Assembly: GCA_963813155.1 (NCBI GenBank)
Contig: CAWEYG010000002.1
Location: 160,001-224,000, forward strand
Source of the DNA: an uncultured Acidobacteriota bacterium
GTDB lineage: Bacteria; Acidobacteriota; Thermoanaerobaculia; UBA5066; DATFVB01
Reading direction: 5' to 3'
DNA: 64,000 nucleotides
The position numbers were made by a program, and so were the translations under genes. Below, in pieces: positions 47,542 through 57,107 of the stretch. Every line of letters starts with the position of its first letter. Position 1 is the stretch's first letter. The notes under the pieces are model-generated. The model was not told where the DNA came from. It made no database searches and was given only the letters and a program-made list of their open reading frames with translations.

Positions 47542-48756
47542 GTGATTGCAGTCGCCGAGGCGCTCGCGCGGATCGTCCGGGAAGCCGTGCCGCTCGGCGA
47601 AGAGCTCGTGGCTCTCTCCTCCGCGGCGGGCCGGACGCTCGCGCGGGAGATCCTCGCCGACGAGGATTACCCGTCGTTCGACACGACCGCCATGGACGGT
47701 TACGCCGTGCCGGCCGGCGCGGAATCGACGTCCCGGGCCTCGGAGGACACGCGTTACCGCGAGCGGCCGGGCGTCGTCGCCGCGGGAGACTCGCCGGGGG
47801 CGCCGCTGGCGCCCGGCGAAGCCGTCCGCGTGATGACGGGCGCTCCGATCCCGGAGGGCACGACCGCGATTGTCCCCGTCGAAGAGGCGACCCCGGGGGA
47901 AGGGTGCGTCCTCCTGAAAGCGGCGAAACCGGGCGCTCACATCCGCCGCCGCGGAGAGGTGTTTCGCGGCGGGGACCGGCTCCTGTCGCCGGGGACCCGG
48001 CTTTCGCCCGAAGCGCTGCTGCTCTGCGCGACGGTCGGCGCCGCGACGGTGCCGGTCTGGCGCCAACCCCGGTGCGGCATCGCCGTCACGGGCGCCGAGA
48101 TCGTCGGTGTCGGCGAACGCCCGGCGCGAGGCCAGATCCGCAACGGGAATGGTCCCGCCCTGGCCGGCGCGTTCGCGCTGCGCGGGATCTCGGCCCGCGA
48201 ATTTCCACCGCTTCCGGACCGGCGGCCGGAGCTCGAAGCGTTCTTTTCGACCTCGATCAGGGGTCTCGACCTCGTCCTCACGACCGGAGGCGTGTCGGCC
48301 GGCGACTTCGACGAGACCGTCGCGGCCGCCGAGGCCGCGGGATTCGACATCCTCTTTCATCTCGTCGCGATGAAGCCCGGAAAACCGGTCGCCTTCGGGC
48401 GGCGGGGAGGCGCTCTCTGGTTCGGCCTCCCCGGCAACCCGGTCTCCGCCATGACCACGTTCGAAGTGTTCGTCGAAGCCGCGCTCGACCATATCGACGG
48501 CCGCCCGATCCGAACGCCGGTGCGAGCCCGGCTGACGGCCCCGATTCGCCACCGGCCGGGGAGGGAAACGTACGCCGACGCGCGGCTTTTCTCCGACGGA
48601 AACGGGCTTCTCGCGGAACCGCTCGCGACACGCGGCAGCCACGACATCCGCTGCCAGGCCGGCCGGAACGCGCTCCTGATCGTGCCCGCGGACGCCGACA
48701 GCCCCCGCGAGGGAGACGCGTTGGACTGCCTCCCGTTGCGAGACTTCCCGGCTTGA
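47542..48756 (+). CDS. moeA: Molybdopterin molybdotransferase
   Basis: PSFDTTAMDGYA, VMTGAPIP, TTGGVSAGDFD, MKPGKP, GLPGNPVSA. Confidence 0.95.
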   Translation: MIAVAEALARIVREAVPLGEELVALSSAAGRTLAREILADEDYPSFDTTAMDGYAVPAGAESTSRASEDTRYRERPGVVAAGDSPGAPLAPGEAVRVMTGAPIPEGTTAIVPVEEATPGEGCVLLKAAKPGAHIRRRGEVFRGGDRLLSPGTRLSPEALLLCATVGAATVPVWRQPRCGIAVTGAEIVGVGERPARGQIRNGNGPALAGAFALRGISAREFPPLPDRRPELEAFFSTSIRGLDLVLTTGGVSAGDFDETVAAAEAAGFDILFHLVAMKPGKPVAFGRRGGALWFGLPGNPVSAMTTFEVFVEAALDHIDGRPIRTPVRARLTAPIRHRPGRETYADARLFSDGNGLLAEPLATRGSHDIRCQAGRNALLIVPADADSPREGDALDCLPLRDFPA

Positions 48757-49547
48757 AGAAGCACGCGGTCGTGGAGAGGGTGAAATCCCTCCGAAGCGAC
48801 GACGGAACGCGGATCGCCGTGACCCACTACGAATCCGGCTCGGAAAATCTGCTTTTGCTCGCGCCCGGTTTCTGGCGGCGGCGGACGGACCGCGAAATCG
48901 TGCTCGTCGCGGCGCATTTCTCGCGCGCCGGCTACGACGTCGCGACGCTCGATTTTCGGGGCCACGGCGATTCCGAAGGGCGGTACACGTTCGGCCGGGA
49001 GGAGTGGCGCGACTTCCTCGCGCTCGCGAGATCGTTTCCCGGAACGCACCGCTCGATCGCGGCGGTTGGATTTTCGATGGGCGGAGCGATCGCCGCCGAG
49101 GCGATCCTTCGCGGACCCGGTCTGCCGTTCCGCGCGCTGGTCATGGTTTCCGCCCCCGCGGACTTCGCCCGGCTGCGGCCCCGCCCGTGGAAGCCGGCCG
49201 CCTGGAAGATGATGGGCTTCCGCCGGGCCCTGGGGCCGCCGAGGGTGGATTGGACGACGTTTCCGAAGGGAAAGCCGCGCGCCGAGGATGCGGTCGAGCA
49301 GCTGACCCTCCCCAAGCTGATCGTGACGTTTGAAAACGACTGGCTCGTCAACCCGTCGCACGGCGACCGGCTCTTCCGGTCGGCGGCGGCCCCCGTCGAG
49401 CGCGTGCACCTGAGCGTCGGCAAGTCGCTTCACGCCGACGCGGTCGTCCGGTTCGCCCCCGTCTCGTTTCTCCGGGTCCTTACGGATTTCCTGAATCGCC
49501 GGTTTCCCGCCCCTCGCATGAAAGAATCGGCGGGAAACGAGCGATGA
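48753..49547 (+). CDS. Alpha/beta hydrolase
   Basis: DFRGHGDSEG, GFSMGG, ND.LV, LHAD; TTGA overlap. Confidence 0.85.
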   Translation: MKKHAVVERVKSLRSDDGTRIAVTHYESGSENLLLLAPGFWRRRTDREIVLVAAHFSRAGYDVATLDFRGHGDSEGRYTFGREEWRDFLALARSFPGTHRSIAAVGFSMGGAIAAEAILRGPGLPFRALVMVSAPADFARLRPRPWKPAAWKMMGFRRALGPPRVDWTTFPKGKPRAEDAVEQLTLPKLIVTFENDWLVNPSHGDRLFRSAAAPVERVHLSVGKSLHADAVVRFAPVSFLRVLTDFLNRRFPAPRMKESAGNER

Positions 49548-49551
49548 AGCG

Positions 49552-50802
49552 ATGAGACGAACCGCGGTCGTGACGGGGATCGGCTGTCTCGCCCCGAACG
49601 GAACGGGGCGCGAGAATTTCGCGGCGGCCCTGCGCGCCGGCCGGTCCGGAATCGGAAAGGTGACGCTGATCGATACGGGCGGTTTGCCGGTCTCGATCGC
49701 CGGCGAGCTCAAGGGATTCGATCCGGCCGACCACCTCCCCGCCAAAGAAGTCGCGCGGCTCTCGCGCGCCGTGCCGATGGCGATCGCGGCGGCGACGGAA
49801 GCGTTCGAAGACGCCGGAATCGACTGGTCGACCCAGGGACTCGACGCCGCCCGGGAATGGAACGTTCTCCTCGGCACGGGCGGCGGCGCGATCGAATTCG
49901 CGGAGAGGATGTACCAGCTGTACTTCACCGGTCAGCAGCGAAAGGCGTCGGCCCACACGATCTCGACGGGAACGATCGGCACGATGTCTTCCGAGCTGTC
50001 GATGCGCTTTGGTTTGCGCGGCGCGTCGCACGTCATCACGACCGGCTGCGCCTCTTCCACGGACGCGCTCGGCTACGCCTTCCGGGCGATCAAGCACGGC
50101 GAAGCGTCCGCCTTTCTCGTCGGCGGAGTCGACGCGACGATCGTCCGCGGAATCCTGGAGGGTTTCATCCTGATGCGGGTCGTCTCCACGAGCCGCGACG
50201 GCGAGCCGGAAGCGGCGTCCAGGCCGTTTTCCGCCGACCGCGACGGATTCGTTCTCGGGGAAGGCTCGTGGATGTTCGTCGTGGAGGATTCCGAGCGCGC
50301 GGCCCGGCGGGGCGCGCACGTCTATGGGGAGATCCGCGGGTACGGCGCGACATGCGACGCGCACCACCGCATCCGGCTCGACGAATCGGGCGACGAACCG
50401 GCGCGCGCAATGACTCTCGCTCTGGCCGAAGCCGGGCTCGCTCCCTCCGAAATCGATTACCTCGCGTACCACGGGACCGGAACGGAACTGAACGACCGGG
50501 TCGAGACCCTCGCCGTGAAGAAGGCCTTCGGGGAAGCGGCGGGGACGCTCGCCGGTTCGTCCATCAAGTCGATGATCGGGCATCCGCAGGGGGCGTGCGG
50601 GGCGGCCGGCGTGGCCGCGACGCTCCTCGCCATGCGGGACGGATTTCTCCCTCCAACGATCAATCTCGGCAGCCCCGATCCCGTGTGTGATCTCGATTAC
50701 GTCCCGAATTCGGCACGGACGCGAAGGTTTCGAACCGCGCTGTGCAACTGCATCGCGTTCGGATCGAAGAACTCCGCGCTCGTGCTCCGGGCCGCCCCGT
50801 GA
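49552..50802 (+). CDS. Beta-ketoacyl-ACP synthase (FabF-like ketosynthase)
   Basis: VVTGIG, TGCASS (Cys), RPFSADRDGFVLGEG, HGTGT, KSMIGH; atypical C-terminal NCIAFGSKN. Confidence 0.92.
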   Translation: MRRTAVVTGIGCLAPNGTGRENFAAALRAGRSGIGKVTLIDTGGLPVSIAGELKGFDPADHLPAKEVARLSRAVPMAIAAATEAFEDAGIDWSTQGLDAAREWNVLLGTGGGAIEFAERMYQLYFTGQQRKASAHTISTGTIGTMSSELSMRFGLRGASHVITTGCASSTDALGYAFRAIKHGEASAFLVGGVDATIVRGILEGFILMRVVSTSRDGEPEAASRPFSADRDGFVLGEGSWMFVVEDSERAARRGAHVYGEIRGYGATCDAHHRIRLDESGDEPARAMTLALAEAGLAPSEIDYLAYHGTGTELNDRVETLAVKKAFGEAAGTLAGSSIKSMIGHPQGACGAAGVAATLLAMRDGFLPPTINLGSPDPVCDLDYVPNSARTRRFRTALCNCIAFGSKNSALVLRAAP

Positions 50803-51503
50803 GCTTCCTCGTCCCGGGGCGGCGGCCCCAGGTCGAGCTCCTCGACCGCGGAGATTTACCGCCGGAGGAGGTTGAGAAGTCGCTCGCCGACATCCGGTTC
50901 GTCAACCGCTGCTGGGGCGGCCTCCGGACGGCCGAGTCCGCTGCACTCCGCATGCTCGAAGCGGACGGCTCGCGCGAGGTTTCGCTGCTGGATCTCGGCT
51001 CCGGGACGGCCGACGTGGCGCTCGCCGTCGCGCGGCGCGCGAAACGCCGCGGGATCTCGGTGCGCGTCGTCGCGCTCGACGTGCAGCTCGCGCACCTGTG
51101 CGCGGCGAGGCGTGTCTCGGGCCGGGGTGCGCCCGACCTCCTCGCCGCCGACGCGAACCGGCTTCCGGTCGCGGACCGCGCCTTCGACTGGGTCTTCTCG
51201 TCCCTCTTCCTTCACCACCTCTCGCCGGAGGAGAACGTCCACGTCCTGCGCGAAATGGCTCGCGTCGCGCGGCGGGGGCTGTTCGTCGTCGATCTTCGGA
51301 GGCATCGCGTCGCCCGCTGGATCGTCGGTATCCTCGGGCCGATCTTCTTCCGGAGCCCCGTCTCGGTCGCCGACGGGTGCGCCTCCGTGGAGCAGGCTTA
51401 CACGATCGACGAGGTCGCGGAGATGGCGCGCGACGCGGGGCTCGTCGGCTTCGAGCTGCGGAGGGTCTCCCCGTTCCGGCTCGAGCTCTCCGCCCGAACG
51501 TGA
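50799..51503 (+). CDS. SAM-dependent methyltransferase of the type found next to type III PKS genes
   Basis: ELLD...LADIRFVNR..GG, LLDLGSGTAD, SLFLHHL, DLRR, DGCASV..AYT. Confidence 0.85.
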   Translation: MSFLVPGRRPQVELLDRGDLPPEEVEKSLADIRFVNRCWGGLRTAESAALRMLEADGSREVSLLDLGSGTADVALAVARRAKRRGISVRVVALDVQLAHLCAARRVSGRGAPDLLAADANRLPVADRAFDWVFSSLFLHHLSPEENVHVLREMARVARRGLFVVDLRRHRVARWIVGILGPIFFRSPVSVADGCASVEQAYTIDEVAEMARDAGLVGFELRRVSPFRLELSART

Positions 51504-52633
51504 CCGAAGAGCTCGACGTCGCGATCGTCGGAGCGGGCCCGGCCGGCTCCTCGGCGGCCGCGGAGCTGGCCGGCGCCGGGTTCTCGGTCGCGGTCTTCGA
51601 GAAGGACGTGTTTCCCCGGCACAAGGTCTGCGGAGAGTTCCTCTCCGCCGCCGGCCGGCGCCAGCTGGAACGGTGGCATCTCGGGGAGGATCTCGAGCGA
51701 ATCGGCGCGGAGTCGATCGTCGACGGCGGCTTCTACCTTTCCGATGGGAGCTCGCGCGGCTTCGCCCTCCCCGAGCCGGCGACCGGGATCTCCCGGTGGA
51801 GCCTCGACACGATGCTCGCGGCGCACGCCTCGCGAAGCGGCGCCGAAGTGCGGTTTTCGCACGACGTCGCCGGCCTCGAGGGAAACCTCTCCGAGGGGTT
51901 CGCGGTCACCGTCCGCGCGCCGGACGGCGAGCGGCGTTACCGGGCGCGCGCGCTGCTCGCGGCCTGGGGAAGGTGGTCGCCCCTCGACATTTCGTTCGAA
52001 CGGGATTTCGCCTCGAAGAAAACCGGCCGTTTCTTCGGCTGGGGAAGCCACTACGAGGGCGACTCCCGACACCTGTCGGGCCGCGTCCACCTCTACTTTT
52101 TTCCGGGCGGCTATTGCGGCCTGTCGCGGGTCGAAAACGGCGGCGTGAACTTCGCCGGCATCGTGTCGGAGGAGAAACTTCACGGGTCCGGCGGAGGGTG
52201 GGAAGGGTTTACGGCGCGCCTCCGGGAGAGTCATCGCCCCCTTTCGGAGCACCTGGCCCCGCTTCGCCCGCGCGGGGAGATCCTCGGAAGCCAGACCGTC
52301 CTCTTCGAAAAGCATTCCACCGAATTCCGGGACGTCCTCGCGGCGGGCGACGCGGCCGGCGTTCGCGATCCGTTCACAGGGGACGGGCAGGCCGCCGCAA
52401 TCGCGGGCGGGGTCCTTGCGGCGGAGCGACTCGCGGAGTTTCTCCGGGGGAACGTCTCCGGTTCCGAGCTCGTCGAGAAATACCGCGCGGCCTGGTCTCG
52501 CCGCCTCGGCTCCCGATTCGGATGGGACGCGCTCTTCCGGCGGCTGGTCCTGTCGCCGCGGCTCCAGCGTCTCGCGCTTCCGTTCGCGAGGCCGCTCGCC
52601 TCCGTCGCTTTTCGGGCGACTCGTTCGGGTTAG
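51500..52633 (+). CDS. FAD-dependent oxidoreductase (geranylgeranyl reductase/halogenase-like)
   Basis: IVGAGPAG, FPRHKVCGEFLS, GGYCGL, GDAAG..DPFTGDG. Confidence 0.9.
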   Translation: MTEELDVAIVGAGPAGSSAAAELAGAGFSVAVFEKDVFPRHKVCGEFLSAAGRRQLERWHLGEDLERIGAESIVDGGFYLSDGSSRGFALPEPATGISRWSLDTMLAAHASRSGAEVRFSHDVAGLEGNLSEGFAVTVRAPDGERRYRARALLAAWGRWSPLDISFERDFASKKTGRFFGWGSHYEGDSRHLSGRVHLYFFPGGYCGLSRVENGGVNFAGIVSEEKLHGSGGGWEGFTARLRESHRPLSEHLAPLRPRGEILGSQTVLFEKHSTEFRDVLAAGDAAGVRDPFTGDGQAAAIAGGVLAAERLAEFLRGNVSGSELVEKYRAAWSRRLGSRFGWDALFRRLVLSPRLQRLALPFARPLASVAFRATRSG

Positions 52634-52651
52634 AGGCTCACCACTCGACGG

Positions 52652-53146
52652 TCACCACTCTTCATCGGGCTCGTCGGACCGGTCGGCGCCCCGGCCGGCG
52701 GAATCGGCGACGTCCCGGTCGTCGGACTCGCGCAGGTCCGGCGTCAGCTCGGCTTCCGCTTCGCGCGCGAGGGCGGGCGCGTCGTGGGCGGCGCCCCACT
52801 CCTGCAGGCTGTCGGTGTATTTGCGGTCGGACTTCCAGTCGCCCTCTCCGAGCGGGACGGGAGCGGCCGGCTTCGACATTTTCACGGCGGGCGACGATTT
52901 CTTCGCGGTCCTGCGCGGCGCGGCTTTCACGGGCTTGCGGGCGGCCGCTTTCCGGGCGGGAGCCTTTTTCTTCTTCGCGGCCCTGCGAACGACTTTCTTC
53001 TTCGAGGCTCTTTTCGCCGGCTTTCTCTTCGTGGCCTTTTTCGCGGGCTTTCGCTTCGCGGATTTTTTCGCGGCGGACCGGGTGGCTTTCCGGACCGGTT
53101 TCTTGCTCGCTTTCTTCTTCGCCTTTCGGGCCTTTTTCTTCGCCAT
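52652..53146 (-). CDS. Histone H1-like Lys/Ala/Arg-rich protein with acidic C-terminus
   Basis: GAGGAG RBS; MAKKKARKAKKKASKK...KPAKK repeats, then GEGDWKSDRKY and a D/E-rich tail. Confidence 0.8.
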   Translation of the reverse strand: MAKKKARKAKKKASKKPVRKATRSAAKKSAKRKPAKKATKRKPAKRASKKKVVRRAAKKKKAPARKAAARKPVKAAPRRTAKKSSPAVKMSKPAAPVPLGEGDWKSDRKYTDSLQEWGAAHDAPALAREAEAELTPDLRESDDRDVADSAGRGADRSDEPDEEW

Positions 53147-53181
53147 TTTCGTCTCCTCTCGCGTCCCTATAATCCTACATC

Positions 53182-53724
53182 GTGAATTCGGATTCCAACG
53201 GCCGCATCCGCATGAGAGCCGACAGCCGGGGAGTTCGAATCGAGATCGCTCCGCCCGTGTCGGACCGTTCGCTGCGGCGAAGGGCGCTCCTGTTCGGCTC
53301 GGGCCTCGGGGCGGGCGGATTTCTCGCCCTCCTGCGGCTCTCTTCCGAATGGCAGGTGCTCGCGAGGGGCGGACGCGGGGCCTTTCCGCTCGGCCTTCTG
53401 ATCCTCGCGACGGCGGCCGTCCTCTTCGGGCCGTTTGCCGTCTTCGGCCTCCTGACGCTTCTCTTCGCCGAAGAGACGATCGAGATCGGGCCCGAGAGCC
53501 TCGTCCAGGAAATCGAGGTCTTCGGAAAGGTCCGCACGACCCCGTTTCCGGACAAGCGGCAGGTCCGGCTGGTCTGGACGAGGTGGCCCGTCGCCCCGTG
53601 GTGGACCTGGACGTTTCAGCGGCTCGCGCTTCGCTCGGCCGGAAAGCGGCAGGGCGTCGGAGCGACCCTCGGAACGTCGGACAAGGAGCGCCTGGAGAAG
53701 ATCCTCCGGCAGGCGCTCCAATAG
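53182..53724 (+). CDS. Hypothetical membrane protein (2 TM plus PH-like soluble region)
   Basis: Two hydrophobic segments; TATAAT 8 nt before GTG. Confidence 0.65.
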   Translation: MNSDSNGRIRMRADSRGVRIEIAPPVSDRSLRRRALLFGSGLGAGGFLALLRLSSEWQVLARGGRGAFPLGLLILATAAVLFGPFAVFGLLTLLFAEETIEIGPESLVQEIEVFGKVRTTPFPDKRQVRLVWTRWPVAPWWTWTFQRLALRSAGKRQGVGATLGTSDKERLEKILRQALQ

Positions 53725-53744
53725 AATCGAATAGAATCAAAAGG

Positions 53745-55022
53745 ATGAGTCATCTCTCTTCGACGGACCTCTTTTCCTACCCCTTTCCCGAATCCCTCCG
53801 CGAAGGCGTTCGATCGCTTGGATTTCACTTCGCCACCCCGATCCAGGAGAAGGTCCTGCCGCTCGCCCTCGCCGGGCGGGACGTCGCCGGACAGGCCCAG
53901 ACGGGGACCGGCAAGACGGCCGCGTTCCTGCTCGCGGGCATGACCCACCTGCTCAATCGCCCGGTCGCGAAGCGCCTCGGGCCCCGGCTCCTCGCGGTCG
54001 CCCCCACCCGGGAGCTGGCCGTCCAGATCCGGGACGACGCGGAGAGGCTCGGAGCGGTCACCGGCCTCTCGATCCTCGCCGTCTTCGGAGGCGTCGACTA
54101 CCGGAAGCAGCGCGAGGCCCTGAAGGCCGCGCCCGACATCCTCATCGGAACGCCGGGGCGCCTGCTCGACTACGAGCACCAGGGCGCGACGACGTACCGG
54201 CACGTCGAGGTCCTCGTGATCGACGAGGCGGACCGGATGTTCGACATGGGGTTCATCCGCGATCTTCGGAAGATCTTCCGCCGCTGCCCGCCGTACAACA
54301 AACGGCAGACGATGCTGTTCTCCGCGACGCTCTCCCCGCGCGTCATGGAGCTCGCGTACGAGCACATGAACGACGCCGTGCGCGTCGAGATCGAGCCGGA
54401 GCGCGTGACGGCGCAGGGAATCCGCGAGGCGCTGTACCACGTCGCGTCGTGGGAGAAGCTGCCGCTCCTGCTCGGCCTGCTCGAGCGCGACCGCTGGGAG
54501 CGGACGCTGATCTTCGTGAACCGCAAGACGACGGCCGCGGACCTCGTCACCGCTCTCAACGCGAACGGGCACCCGGTCGCGGTGCTCGCCGGCAACGTGC
54601 GCCAGGAAAAGCGGCTGCGGATCCTGACCGAGTTCAAGGAAGGGAAATGGCCCGTGCTGATCGCGACGGACGTCGCCTCGCGCGGCCTCCACATCGACGC
54701 CGTGACGCACGTCATCAACTACGACCTGCCGCAGGACCCGGAAGACTACGTCCACCGCGTGGGCCGCACGGCGCGCGCGGGCGCGGAGGGCGACGCGATC
54801 TCCTTCGCGGACGAGGAGTACGTCTTCTCGCTCGACTCGATCGAGAAACTGATCGGAAGGAAGATCCCCGCGGAGATCGCGGACCCGGCGCTCTACCGCA
54901 CGACCGTCGCGGGACGGCGCGCCCCGAACCCCATCTACCGCACGCGCCCCGCTCCGGCCCCGGCCTCGCGCAAACCCACCGAGGTTTCCTACGGGCGATC
55001 CGGAAGGAAAGCGCGGAGGTAG
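53745..55022 (+). CDS. DEAD-box RNA helicase (RhlB-like)
   Basis: TPIQ, AQTGTGKT, PTRELA, TPGRL, DEAD, SAT, ASRGL, HRVGRTARAG. Confidence 0.95.
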   Translation: MSHLSSTDLFSYPFPESLREGVRSLGFHFATPIQEKVLPLALAGRDVAGQAQTGTGKTAAFLLAGMTHLLNRPVAKRLGPRLLAVAPTRELAVQIRDDAERLGAVTGLSILAVFGGVDYRKQREALKAAPDILIGTPGRLLDYEHQGATTYRHVEVLVIDEADRMFDMGFIRDLRKIFRRCPPYNKRQTMLFSATLSPRVMELAYEHMNDAVRVEIEPERVTAQGIREALYHVASWEKLPLLLGLLERDRWERTLIFVNRKTTAADLVTALNANGHPVAVLAGNVRQEKRLRILTEFKEGKWPVLIATDVASRGLHIDAVTHVINYDLPQDPEDYVHRVGRTARAGAEGDAISFADEEYVFSLDSIEKLIGRKIPAEIADPALYRTTVAGRRAPNPIYRTRPAPAPASRKPTEVSYGRSGRKARR

Positions 55023-55034
55023 GAGTCCCCTGCC

Positions 55035-55979
55035 CTACTCCGGCGCGCGGGTGCGGCGGGTGGAGGACGAGGCGACGGAGACGCGGTTGCGGCCCTCCCC
55101 TTTCGACTGGTACAGCGCTTCGTCCGCGGCCTTGAACAGGTCGCGCGCTTCGTAGCCGATCGCGCCTCCCGCGCACGCTAAGCCGAGCGACGCGGTGATC
55201 TCGAGATCTCCCGCCGAAGTGGCGAACGGCGTCTCGGAGATGAGCAGTCGAGTCCGCTCCGCCGCGGCCCTCGCGCCGTATTCGTCGGTCCGGGTAAGGG
55301 TGAGCGCGAACTCTTCGCCCCCGATCCGGGCGACCTGGTCGCCGGCGCGGCAGGCGTCGCGAAGCCGGACGCCGATTTCCTTCAGCACCTCGTCGCCGAC
55401 CCCGTGCCCGAAGCGGTCGTTGACGGACTTGAACTCGTCGAGGTCGAGCAACACGAGCGAAACGGCGTCGCTGTAGCGCTTCGCGCCCCGCAGCTCGCGC
55501 TCCAGGGTGTGGTCGAACGAGCGGCGGTTCGGCAGCTCCGTCAGGGGGTCGGTCGAGGCGAGGCGCGCAAGCTCGCGGTTCTTCTCCTCGAGCTCCGCCC
55601 GGAGGCGCCGCGTCGTCAGGCCGTTCCGGAGCTTCGCGAGCAGCTCCTTCGGCTCGATCGGCTTGACGAGATAGTCGTCGGCCCCGATCTCGATTCCCTC
55701 GGCGCGGTTGACTCCCGCCCCGCGCGCCGACGTGATGATCACGAAGACGCGGGACAGGGCCGGGTCCCCCTTGATCGCGCGGGTGAGCGCGCCGCCGTCC
55801 AGGATCGGAAGCACCCAGTCGAGCACGACCGCGTCGGGAACGGTCCGGCGGATCAGGACGAGCCCGGCCGCCCCGTCCGCCGCCGACTCCACCTCGTAGC
55901 CGTCCGAGACAAGCGCTTCGGTAACGAGTTCCCGGTACTTCGCCTCGTCTTCGACGATGACGATGCGGCCGGCGCTCAC
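55035..55979 (-). CDS. Response regulator diguanylate cyclase (REC-GGDEF)
   Basis: IVEDE..LD..KP; TDPLTELPNRR, RAGD I-site, RIGGEEF. Confidence 0.93.
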   Translation of the reverse strand: MSAGRIVIVEDEAKYRELVTEALVSDGYEVESAADGAAGLVLIRRTVPDAVVLDWVLPILDGGALTRAIKGDPALSRVFVIITSARGAGVNRAEGIEIGADDYLVKPIEPKELLAKLRNGLTTRRLRAELEEKNRELARLASTDPLTELPNRRSFDHTLERELRGAKRYSDAVSLVLLDLDEFKSVNDRFGHGVGDEVLKEIGVRLRDACRAGDQVARIGGEEFALTLTRTDEYGARAAAERTRLLISETPFATSAGDLEITASLGLACAGGAIGYEARDLFKAADEALYQSKGEGRNRVSVASSSTRRTRAPE

Positions 55980-55995
55980 GGCGGGTCCCTCCGGC

Positions 55996-57096
55996 CTATT
56001 TCTTCCGGGCCAGGAGCGATTTCAGGTAATCCTCCATGACCTCGTCGGGCAGCCAGTAGACCTCCACGCCGTTGATGTAGTACGTCGGCGTCGAGTTGAC
56101 GCCGAGGAGACCCCCTTCGTCCATGTCCTTTCGGATCTGCTCGAACGACGGGTCCTGCAGGTAGCAGGAGAGAAACGCCTTCCGGTCGAGACCGGCGGAA
56201 TCGACGAAATCGAAGACGAGCTGGTCGAGCCGCGTGAGCGTCAGGGACTCCTGATTGTCGTAGCACAGCTGCTTGAACCGGAACATGAGGTCGGAGGAGG
56301 ACCGCGAAAGACAAACTCCCGCCGACGCGGCCTTCGTCGACCAGACGTGGCCGGCCCACAGCGGATAGAACTTGTAGTAGCGCCGGATGCCGAGCTTCGC
56401 GCCGTACTTCTCCAGCAGCTTGTCCATCTGCTGCCCGCGCTTCTTGCAGAACGGGCATTCCATGTCGGCGTACTCGACCATCGTGATCTTCGGGTTTTCG
56501 GCGCCGACGGAAGGGGCGTGGCTCAGGTCGATCTTCGCGCGCCGCTGTTCCGCGACCGGTTCGCCGAGCTTCCAGAATTCCCCCATCAGGAACGCCGAGC
56601 CGTCCGGCTCGATCCAGTAGTGGAGCGGCTGGCTGAAATAGCCCGTGTCGAGGTCGACCTTCACGCCGCGCATTCCGCCGCGGTCCATCGACGGATCCAG
56701 GTGCGCGACCGCTTTCGACCGGAAGAGGCCTCCCATGTAGTCCGCGATTCCCGAGACGTCCCGGTCGGTCTCGATCGCGCTCGTCTCGCCCGGCTTCAGG
56801 TTGTTCTTCACCGCGCTGCCCGTAAAGATCCACTTGTCGTCCGCGCTCACGTAGAAGCCGGTCTTCAGGTTCAGCTTCTCGTACTTCCCCTTCCGCTCGA
56901 CCGCGAAGGCGTGAAGGCCCTTGAGGTCGTTTGTCGGATCGGGTTTCGCCGTGACGTGGCTGTCCGGCTCCCACGGAAGGAACTCCGCGCCGAACTTCTC
57001 GACTTCGGCGGAAAGCGACGCCGCAGCAGCCCAGGCCCGCCCCGAGCCCGCGGCGACGACCAGGATGCCCGCCCACGCAATCTTTCCGAGTCTCAT
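55996..57096 (-). CDS. DsbA/thioredoxin-fold periplasmic protein
   Basis: Signal peptide; EYADMECPFC, GVNSTPTYYING; GAGGT RBS. Confidence 0.88.
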   Translation of the reverse strand: MRLGKIAWAGILVVAAGSGRAWAAAASLSAEVEKFGAEFLPWEPDSHVTAKPDPTNDLKGLHAFAVERKGKYEKLNLKTGFYVSADDKWIFTGSAVKNNLKPGETSAIETDRDVSGIADYMGGLFRSKAVAHLDPSMDRGGMRGVKVDLDTGYFSQPLHYWIEPDGSAFLMGEFWKLGEPVAEQRRAKIDLSHAPSVGAENPKITMVEYADMECPFCKKRGQQMDKLLEKYGAKLGIRRYYKFYPLWAGHVWSTKAASAGVCLSRSSSDLMFRFKQLCYDNQESLTLTRLDQLVFDFVDSAGLDRKAFLSCYLQDPSFEQIRKDMDEGGLLGVNSTPTYYINGVEVYWLPDEVMEDYLKSLLARKK

Positions 57097-57107
57097 TTTC
57101 ACCTCTT

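Noticed and set aside
53720-53740. Tandem AATAGAATC repeat
   Set aside because: Only two units; explained by a stop codon plus a -10 box; not an array
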